DNA of 56,728 nt, counting the filler, from Catajapyx aquilonaris (lineage: Eukaryota): NCBI GenBank assembly GCA_000934665.2. It is 4 parts of 4 records of this genome, joined end to end, with 100 filler letters (N's around TTAATTAATTAA, not from the genome) between each part and the next. Parts side by side here need not be neighbours in the genome. Positions count along the whole stretch, not along the records: positions 42,660 to 56,728 come from JYFJ02007893.1; 3 more parts are not named here. The stretch is one strand, 5' to 3'. Each line of letters begins with the position of its first letter. Within the stretch, counting starts at the first letter, position 1. Positions 46,627 to 56,728 of the stretch are shown here, one piece after another. Below the pieces are notes generated by a model. The model did no database searches, was not told the origin of the DNA, and was given only the letters and a program-made list of their open reading frames with translations. A program made the position numbers and the translations under genes.

Positions 46627-47524
46627 CAAGGGAAGGTCACGGGGTGATAATGACGGATCTTGATGAAATTGATCATGCTAATACAGGACAATATATGATA
46701 CCCAAAAATGAAATATTTCGTGCGGAACCCCATATTTGCAAAAGTTATGACGTCTTGAAGTTCCAAAAATAATACATTTTCATACTCCATGGGATTACAT
46801 TAGCGACCACATATAATGACATCGAAGTGTGTAATCAGTTTCTAGACCTTTTCTCATCGGAAAAAAGTCATACAGAACGGCTCTGGTCGTCCGTCCGTCT
46901 GTGGACAGGTATCAAGGCCTAAACCGTAAGAGATAGCGACAAACGGTTTTCATATTCGGATTGAGCGTGACCAAAATAGGTTTCATGGTCAACTTCTGGT
47001 GACCCGCCACTTCCGGTCTTCCGGGTTCACTCTATCCGCACAAGTCTACTTTACGGGCGGGTTATTATCGTTTGATTTCGAAGTTAGTTTCCGTGTATAC
47101 CTGACCGTGTTTTTCGGGGATTTACTCCGGGTTTTACCTGACTCTCTGGCACAGGGGCTGTGGAATTTATTCCTGAAGTTGAACATGTTTGCAATGAGCG
47201 TCATCGGCCGCCATGATGTTATCGCCCAAGCCGATACTGGAATCGATATGTTGCCTAGGTTACTATATATCGATTCACATGCTCCCTGAAAGAATGAGAA
47301 AAAGTCTAGAAACTGATTACACACTTCAATGTCATTATATGTGGTCGCTAATGTAATCCCATTATGAATGAAAATGTATTGTTTTTGAAACTTTAAGACG
47401 TCATAACTTTTGCAAATATGGGCCTCCGCACGAAATATTTCATTTTTGGGTATCATATATTGTCCTGTATTAACATTTTAAATTTCATCAAGATCCGTCA
47501 TTATCACCCCGTGACCTTCCCTTG
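46627..47524. mobile_element. Foldback MITE with CAAGGGAAG ends, about 230-bp TIRs and TGA TSD
   Basis: Arms 46627-46857 and 47293-47524; flanks TACTGA| and |TGAGCT. Confidence 0.85.
46858..47292 (+). mobile_element. Possible DINE-1/Helentron-like insert in the centre of the foldback
   Basis: CGTCCGTCCGTCTGT microsatellite near the 5' end and CACTTCCGG motif; boundaries uncertain. Confidence 0.4.
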
Positions 47525-48206
47525 TGAGCTTAAATCTTGGTCAATTTTTGCGAACATATTAAAAACAGGAAGACAAAAAACAAAAAACTGCGTTCGAATG
47601 CGGATTGTTCTAGTTAGTTTTTGTAAAGTGCTTTTTTCACTAGTGGGACATCCAGCCGCCAAGGTAATCGTTGGCCAAAAAAGTCAAAAGTGTCGAGGGA
47701 ACAACCGGAAACGAGGGAGACGACCAGACACATTGGCCTTCCCCTAGACACACACGGCAACCCACGTTTTGTAGGGAAATGTCCCACTATAAAAACACAC
47801 TATGTTTTTTAACTCTATGATAGTCTATCGATCACCCTAGTTCAGTGGAAGTTACCCCAAAAAAATGCTCACCGATAAACTGGAGGCACTAGTTCCTCTA
47901 GCTGGTCTAGCAGAAACATGTTCGTGCTGCCACTTAATGGACCTGAGGGGCGGTTTCATCATGGCTTCTCCGGAGTTGCCCCTACTACAGTATATCAAAT
48001 TCGACTGATTTGGGAGCGGTCCTCGCGGTTTGGGGGTGACTTTTCGGCGGTAATACGTCTTCCTGGACCTCAGAAACATTAGAGCTGTCGGAAGTGTTCA
48101 ATTACCCTAATATGTCTTGCGTAACGAGAAGCGAGCAGTAGTTTGCATGTTTCCCTTCGAAATGATCAAGTGCAACAATGCAATTTAGTATGCATACTCT
48201 GTATAC

Positions 48207-48389
48207 AGGTGCGTTTACGTGTGAACGATTTGTTCGCGGCGATGCATCGCCGAGGGATGTATCCAATTGTTTGGGGCGAAAGTAACAATCGCTTTTCGCC
48301 TCAAACAATACTGGTCACTTTGGTTACGCAGAGATGTTACCGCTGGCGATGCATCGCTGTGAACAAATCGCTCACATGTAAACGCACCT
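48207..48389. mobile_element. Harbinger-type MITE (AGGTGCGTTTAC ends)
   Basis: TIRs AGGTGCGTTTACGTGTGAACGATTTG / CAAATCGCTCACATGTAAACGCACCT; paralog at 49533-49686. Confidence 0.8.
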
Positions 48390-49532
48390 TATAACGTTTC
48401 ATCTGTAGACTGTAGTTATGAGAAAAATTTTGTATGTTCGTTTCTGCATCTGACAGATTTTCTCAAAAAACGTAAATTTTTAGCATCAGATATACTGTAC
48501 CTGTAACTAGTAACTGAAACCGAATCAAAATACTGTATACCGTGTACAATGAAAGAATATAAAATTTCCTTTTCCTAGTATATTCAGTGAGATGTTCATA
48601 ATTCTATGTGAAGGCATAAAACACTTTGAGATCCTTCATGTAGGAGGTAAAATTTTGACTCAAATGCATTTCGTTGTACAAAAAGGGAAGTGAAATTGTG
48701 TGGCGGTGAGTTCCTTGAAGCGAGGCCGACCATTAATCGTGGAATGTTGTTTTTGGCCAAAGTTACGTCACCTGCTCTTACGGAAGGCATCGTCAGAAGT
48801 AAACAAGAATGTAAATGATCCAACACGAACGTTTTTGTAAGTTTCCTGGCTTCTATATATCACATCTTTTGACAGAAGACGTCATTATTTGAGCGATCCC
48901 ATGAGATATCATAACAGGCACTAAGCTGTAGTGTAATCCTTAGAAAAGTATTGCTCTTAAAACTGAACATGAAACCGTCATTTTATATAATGATTTAGTG
49001 AAAAACATCATCACATTATCTGCTCAAATATACTGTTCCAGGTTTTGAATTCATTTGTCATCATTACCCTAGTGTCAATCAATAAAGCGCCATGTTGATT
49101 AGGATAGACCAGCGCAGAGCACTGGAGTAACATGAAAATAATGATGGCTATTTGATTGCAACCTTCTAAAAATGCAGTGATTGATTCAGTGAAGCTATTG
49201 TTCACTTTTTTTCCTGCGAAAATTCACGTAATGAGCAGTCTAGGTTTTTCCGCACATTAGAGCCATTCACGTGGCACAAATGTTTTGTGATCGGATTATG
49301 TATCGATCGTGTTTTCCATTGTTATTAATTGCTGAGTCAACAATTAATAACAATGAAAAACACGATCGGAACCCTATACTATCACAAAACGTCTCTGCTG
49401 TATGCAGACCCTAATAATATTATGTATTAATATATCGAGAAGGCGCAATGAATTTCTTATAATAAACTATCATACTTTTAAAATTTATGTACGGTATGTC
49501 CTTCCTTTATGTGTCAAAATGTAACACTTTAA

Positions 49533-49686
49533 AGATGCGTTTACATGTGAACGATTTGATCGCGCGGTGAATCCTATTCCAATTGTTTAAGGCGAAAGTA
49601 ACAATAATCATGGTAACAATCGATTTTCGCTCCAAACAATTGGATTCGTAGCTTAGTGATCAAATCGCTCGCATGTAAACGCACCT
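49533..49686. mobile_element. Second copy of the same Harbinger-type MITE
   Basis: Same TIRs; TAA TSD (49530-49532 and 49687-49689). Confidence 0.8.
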
Positions 49687-51062
49687 TAACTGAATTATTG
49701 AATTGACCATGTTTTCTTAAAACCACTGACAAAGGACACTTGACAGAAAAATATCTATGCGTTTTGAAATGATGGCTTTTTAGACTGTACCGGTACAGGG
49801 AAGTGACATTACTTAGGTCTATACTGCAAAATACACAATTATCGTGGGTTTTTTAAGCCCACAGAACAAAAATCCTGAAGAATATGCCGCATAAAGATAA
49901 TACAGTATAACACAGTGCATTGTTCGATATCCCACATCTACTTTTATATAAAACTGTTTTAAATTAATTTAACTACTTTTACTGCAAACTATTCTATTCT
50001 ATGCGCAATTTTGAGATTTTGATATAAATTATCAACATAGCTACAGTAATGTTAAGTCATCATTAAGATAATTATAAGCATAATTTTGAAAGAAATCTAC
50101 CATATCAATTTTCACTTTTGAAAAGAGCATCTACATTTTTCAACCACAGTACGTAAGGAAGGCCTGCAATTTCGAACGACCGAGTAATATGGCTGGATAT
50201 TAGAAAAGCGTCATCAGTGAGAAAAAGCGCTAAAAAAAAAAAAAAAACTGACACGCCAGGGTCTTCCAAACGATCAACTTCCCACTAAATCAAGAAGTGG
50301 ACTGAAAGCAATAGAGTTATCTTCAATCAGGCATTATGACAGGCAGCGCCGCGTCACCGCCGATATCAAAATTAATGGCGAACCAGGAGAAGGCAAGCGA
50401 GCCATGATACATTTCTGAGTGGTTGCGGATTCCGTCATTACTTCCTGAAAGCCACCAATCCGTTTCCGGAAAGAGGGTGAGAGTAGGCAGGGGGCATTAA
50501 TCGGAGAAGGGGAAAATGGTGGTTTCCGTACAGCTCCCGAGAGCAAAACCACAGCATCAAGTCTCCCGGATCAATCCATCTGAATTGGAGGGACATTAAA
50601 GAGAGCCCAAAACTAAAGCTTGTGAATGGGGATGAGATGGGAAAGGGGTTTAGTCCCACCTAACTTTCTCCTTTGGCAATCAAGTGCCTTCATCAAACAA
50701 ATAAACGGGCTCGGCTTCCACCTTGGCCTAACGATTTCGTGTCTAATGAGGCATTTTCTCCGTCATCGGCCAAGGTTTAAGAACCCCACTTTTTGTGGCT
50801 TGGCATGCATGCAAACATATATCACGAATTTGACTATCAGAAGGAAGGAGTCACAAACTGTGCTTAATAGTTTACTGTATGACTAACTAGTAGGGGCAGC
50901 CTTAAAATAGATCACATTCAAATATTTCTGCGTGGAGGGTATGCATGTTAGAAAAATAGAATGGCTGGCCTTCACGTGCCTACCCCTCTCAATACGGAAA
51001 TATGTGCACCAGCGCAATTTTGTCAGAGGCCAGTATCACATGCAGGTCGTACCAGGGTCGTA

Positions 51063-52037
51063 CACTACCGGACATAATTGCATACCCTAAATGTAAACAA
51101 CGGCTTTGGTGCTACCAAGAGCTAGTGCTACCTGTCTACCTGACAACCACGACGTCGAGGGCGTGTTCAGACATCATCATGTGGAGGTCGCTTAGTGTTC
51201 TTTCTATTGTTGCCACTGTTTACAGGGAGCGAGTGATGCTGGGCGACCTAGCGACGGGTCTGCATGCTTACTAATGTACGGAAAATGAGAGAACGATCTG
51301 ACGTCATGAAGGTTTCCATGGAAATACCCTCACACAACAGTATGAGTAAACAATGTCAACAAAAAAGAACAATGTAAGAAACGATGACGTCAGATCGTTC
51401 TCGCGTTTTCCGTACATTACAGTGCGGAAAACGAAACGGCGATCTGACGTCATCGTTTCTTACATTGCTCTTTTTTGTTGACATTGTTTACTCATACTGT
51501 TGTGTGAGGGTATTTCTATGGAAACCTTGATGACGTCAGATCGCCGTTTCGTTTTCCGCATGTAATGCATGTCATCGGAATAATCGGGCTGATGGGATAT
51601 TATATTGAGAAAGCGCTTTATTTTTATCACACTATCATCACTTCCCAGCATGAGTCAGGATGGAGTTATTGAATGATCGGGAAGGAGCCCGGTATGCTCA
51701 TGTCTGCCAGTTAAGTAAGGTCCACATTGAATGTCATCAACTCCCAATCAAGGCCAGTGTAAAGCGCTTTCTCTGCTTTCTTTTATTTTTCTTACGGATC
51801 TTATTTTATTCTCTGCTTATTCCGATGCCATGCATTAGTAAACACGCAGACCCGTCGCTAGGTCGCCCACGGTCGCCCAGCATCACTCGGTCCATGTAAA
51901 TAGTGCCAACAATAGAAGGAACCCTAAGCACTCTCCATAATTATGCTGATGTCTGAACACGCTCTCGACGCGCGACGGCGCGGTTGCAGGTACGCCAACG
52001 CCATTGTTTACATTTAATGCAATTATGTCCGGTAGTA
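51063..52037. mobile_element. TA-flanked MITE (CACTACCGGACATAATTGCA ends) carrying a nested MITE dimer
   Basis: Left arm 51063-51273 continues at about 51563-51582 and mirrors about 51818-52037. Confidence 0.8.
51274..51562. mobile_element. Two inverted adjacent copies of the 6319-6471 MITE
   Basis: Copies 51274-51417 and 51420-51562 share the TA at 51418-51419. Confidence 0.85.
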
Positions 52038-55000
52038 TACATTGTTACGGTCATTTTTGTGCTATTATAAAGCTTAGAAAGAAGCCAATATATTGCAGTA
52101 AATAAAGCCAGTGTTTATTTTCATGTATGTAATATACCCAACCAGGTTATAAAACGAGTCATCAAAAATTCATGCAAAAGCGCTATTATGTAATCATAAA
52201 ATAAATTAACTACGGCACACAAATAGGCTCAATAAACTGATTTATTATTCCTGCTACTGAATAGGAATTACGCACAAGGTTGCCAACCTCAGGTTTTGTG
52301 TATACAAAAGCAGCAAAACCACAAATCGCTTGCATTGAAATGGAAATGCACTGTTGCATTTGGTAATATTCAATTGACACAGATGTGTTAACATTTAAAT
52401 TGCACGGGAAAATAGTGATTGATATGCGGTACGCTGTGCAACATTATGTCACGCTAGAATTCCTTCCACAAATAAGTACATTTTATGCGCATGAAATTCT
52501 AAGGCAATATACAGTGTATAAATCATTCTAATTTTGCAATATCGGTAGCAAAACAGATACAGAAGTTTAGCTGAACCAGAAAAATGAAGCGTCCCCCACC
52601 CCCCATCGAAAACGCGCAGAAAGGTCTCCCTTCTGAATTCCGCCAATCTGAAACCGATAGCTAAACCGTAATGACGATCGTTAGCCGCAAACGAGTGCAA
52701 GAGCCTAAATCCAGCCTGGATTTAATCCCTTAATTACCAACTGCACTGCGTTACCAAATTGAAATTCCTCCAGAGAGCAGTTAGCAACCGCAAGTGCTCC
52801 TTGGAAACGGTTGCACTACGTGTTTTCACACAATTTGAGCGAAACACACTCTTCCAATTAAATTGAGCCATCTTTTTGTTCACCCCTTATCAGATAGGCT
52901 AGCATCAGCCTTGGTTTCCCCTTCCATCCGCATTTGGATAGTCCAATTGTTACTTCTTGTAAATCCGAGACATAAATCTTCTCGGAGGAACTGCAACCGC
53001 GACCCTGCTGCTTCGCTATTGGCCTGGGTCGCCGCTTCTACGGTTAGAAGCCCTCCGAGAGGCTTATTCCTGTCGTCAATTACTGGAGAAGAATTAGAGC
53101 CAGAGGCTTATCCTGGAATGGCGACCCGCTTCCTCTTTTTCTGGACATCTCTCCGACGGCACGACCAGAGGGCTTTTGGCGGTCTGTGGATCTCAACCAC
53201 AACGCTTCACCTGGGTCCTCCTGAATACCTGGGATTTATCCTTTGCACCGCGCTGTGGTACTTACACGCCTTGGCTCGCATACAATATTCAGGGCAAATA
53301 ACGGCGGGAGCCATTTTCACCACTCGATCAAGTGTTTGCATGTCTGTTCCTATCCGCGCGGAATCGTGCGGAACAACCGCAGAGAAAACGGCGCGTAATC
53401 CTGGCTTTTCTGCCACCGGCTATCTTATTTTACTTTCACCTTTCCACTTTGCTGTTCCGTGCGACCTTCAAACAGTTTTACCACCCGCTATTGATACCGT
53501 TCATGGGCCCAACTGAACAGTCCAAATTGGTCACGCGAATTCGTGGGCCAAAAATCGACGCGGGTTATGCTCTACCGTTGACCGCAATATTGTGTTATTT
53601 TCAGGGCGGGCAAAGGGTTTATTTTGGATAATCTGGTGCAACGGGCTCAAATTTACGAATATTAGGGCTTGAAGCGACATTTTTTTGTGGATATTATCTA
53701 AAATGCGTCTAGGCTTGCTAAATTTGAAGTACTGCTTCATTCCATCAAATATTTTTTTCAATTTGGCATGAATCCGTATGAAACGAAATTTCCATTACTT
53801 TCTACCCGGTCTAGTGAGCCCTGCCTCCTGTGGCCCCTCGATCTCCAATAAGCAATTCTTGAGCCAAGGCGACGGTAATTTCAGCCTAGTGAGACTCATA
53901 GTAGAGAGTTTCAGCGGGAAAACACACCAAAGCGGAGGAACTCCATTTATTTTTTCCGCGTGTTTGGATCCTCAGTGGAACTGCTCAACAAACCTTTTAA
54001 GTAGTTCGGGAGTAGGGGTTAGGTTGCATCAAGAGTTTCGCGAAAGGCAAATACTGGGGGTGTTTGTCACTTGCAGTCTCCAAAGGAGAAGTTTTGTTGC
54101 TCTAGAGTACAGCATGGACGCGGTTTCCGGAGAGCAGCACTTCAGTACAAGAGATCCTTCAAGTCTTTAAGGAGATCACGACTAAGACAGGGTGTGACTA
54201 TCAAGACGAAAGTCTTTTATGACACAATGGAATATTCATATACGTGAAAACAATGTATTGCAATTGAAGCATAGTTTACATACAGTTACTTGCAGAGGTT
54301 ATAAATATTTTAGCTAATGGTGGGTGGGATAGACGCATACTATATAGCTGCTGAAACAAATGGGTTCAGCGATTAACCTCAGGTCCCCAAGGGTCACACA
54401 GAATGCCTCACGCTCGATTACAATTTATGCCCCTTCTCAACTAAATATTGGACTAATATATTTGATAGCCCCTAAAAGTAACTGCCTAAATAACCGCAAA
54501 AAAACTGCTAACCAAACTTCAAGTACACTCTTGTTGTACTTTTATATTGACACGTTGCCAAAAACAGCATGTTTCACCTTGTAACCTTTATTCTGCCCGC
54601 ATCCCTTTCATCAATATAGCCTATAATAGAGCTGTGATTTTACGCACAAATAAGCATATTGACCTATGAACGGGCGGTACTTTTACATGCACGCATGTCG
54701 TCGTCATTTTAAGCACCGTACTCATAAAAATATATCCCTTCAAAAATCAGGTGCATTATTCACCCCTGCACTGTACACATAGTTGGTAACATATGATTAA
54801 CTCCCCTCGTTAAAAAGTTATGGCGCGCTTGATTGAGGATCCAGAGTATTACATAGCAATATACTTTCATGAGTTGGCAAGGATTAATGACATTAAACCT
54901 CAACGTACCACAAAAAACTGTCAATAAAAAAATGGTCTAATACCACCATGTTTGCTAGTGATCCCATGAAGCTAATTAGTTTCGGTATACTCAAAAAAGT

Positions 55001-56728
55001 TTTGAGAAGGCCTTGGGTCCTTTATCTTCTCATTAGGATTACAACAAGCCTTTAATCACACTCTGGACTTAATTCGAACAAAGTTACCACAAGTTATTCT
55101 TGCGACTAAAATAAACCTGAAGCGGAATATACAGCACTAGAGCACTAATGGTTCATCTCCGGCTAAAGGCCAAGAGATTAGGCCTTTCCTCCACTGAAAA
55201 AGCTCTGGATCAAGCTTGCCGCGAGCAGACCAGAGCTACGACTTCAAATGAGGGGCGGCTTTTTATGAGGAAGAGAAAAATTCGCTCCAGCTACAAAAAC
55301 TTTTTGAGTCGTTTTCATTATTTACCTGCTGCGGGAATATTTCGTCAACAAAATATAAAAGCTCTTCGACCTACACTGTGCGTGATTACCGCAGTTTCAT
55401 TTATTCACTTTCTATCGGACTGTAGACTTCAACTCTGGCCTATACACGTTACGAAGTTTGATAGCAACAAGTCACGCTGGCTTTTTTCACAATATTAAAT
55501 CCGCAGGGTTTGTAGAAGTTTCAAAACTTGCGGCTTATTAAAAGGCTACTGTATACGAGGTTATCAAAAACAGTAACTGTTAATATTAGACGGAATATGA
55601 CGAATTGCAGCAGCTTAATGCATTCGGAATGACCCATTTTGATATACTAGAACATGACGTCACTGGCACAATTTTCCGCAGCCTCTACTCGCCTGAATTA
55701 GATGCATCTGTAAATAAACCTAATATCGAGAAATAATATTTTGATAATCTAACAAAGTAGTTGTTCCGAAGTGCTGCTTAAAAGTACAAGTAGAAGTTTA
55801 ACGCAAACAAATCGATAACCACTAGGGATATTCCAATTGGAACACACTATATAGGCCTATATGTATTAAAAGGAAACCAGGTGGCGTTGCTTCTATAATT
55901 ATACTGATTGGCATTACTACAGCACGTGGGTGTCATTAGGCTTATTAAAATCCCCCTGCTTAACAGCTTATGTGTAGTTGTTTACACTACTTTGACCCAC
56001 TGCCACCAAATTATTCCTGGAAAGGGGCAGTCACTATGGTATGCAGATGTACACAACGAAGGGTGTGCAAAAATATGAAAGGTTTATAAGCTGATTATTT
56101 CAAGTTTGAACTAACACCATCATTGTTGTCACTGCTAAACAAACCAAAATAATGCAGCAGAAGTGACGTCAGTTTAGCGTATACATAGGTATGCAGTATG
56201 CAATTAGTTTGAGTGTGAGTACCCCCTCCATCCCCCCAAGCAACCTCTGCTATGCAGGGTGTTTCATAATGATTCAGGAATTTCTAGGGCACATTCCTGG
56301 AAACTAGAGAATCTGAATCACTATAATACACTCAGTACCCAGTAATTTTGTGGATGCTCTGCCACGTAAACGCACCATATCTATGGCTGACTTTTGAGTT
56401 TCTGATGACTTATCTACCTTTCACTGATTGCAATCATGCGTTGACAAGCAGTTCACTTGAGCTTCGATCCTCATTATTAGAGTATGCTTCACAGTTCAGT
56501 TCCACTCAGCTCTCCCTCTCTCCCTCTGCGCTTAGCACACTCGAAACTATGCAAACTGGAGGCCGGACTGTTCATCCGGAGATGAGCCTGTGGCACTTGG
56601 ATACACGTACACGGCAGTATTACGTTGCACATGTATAGCTAACCCACTTGTACAGTACCGGCCTATATATGCCGTCATCCCCAGCCGCTTGTACAGAACT
56701 TGACACAACGGGGAGGTTAATGGTCCAG

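Noticed and set aside
52863..53516. 217-aa ORF
   Set aside because: No ATG start, no domain, no convincing splice pair or codon bias.

Overview
Eukaryotic genomic DNA, most likely from an arthropod (painless-type TRPA gene, insect-type SINEs, TTAGG-like repeats). It is a draft scaffold of four contigs joined by artificial 100-bp linkers (44N-TTAATTAATTAA-44N). Gene content: (1) an isolated CoREST SANT2 exon (-); (2) a decayed membrane-protein gene whose terminal exon is duplicated 8 kb away; (3) a heavily disrupted painless-like TRPA channel pseudogene with about 20 ankyrin repeats (+); (4) an F-box/LRR locus (-) with one intact gene and a second F-box+LRR exon that has its own phase-matched splice acceptor, no visible first exon, and one in-frame TGA; (5) a phase-consistent six-exon gene of about 385 aa that I cannot assign to any family (-); (6) one exon encoding an EYS/weary-like cupredoxin-type domain (+). 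The rest is dense with MITEs, foldback elements, tRNA-derived SINEs and transposase relics (Chapaev3-like, Tc1/mariner, THAP). The most promising leads are the possible alternative terminal-exon F-box cassette, two degenerate HDV-like ribozyme folds between those exons, a THAP-bearing element with CAAGGGAAG ends and 3-bp TSDs that carries convergent tRNA-Met-like heads, and the orphan gene. All family calls come from recognising motifs by eye; no searches were run.
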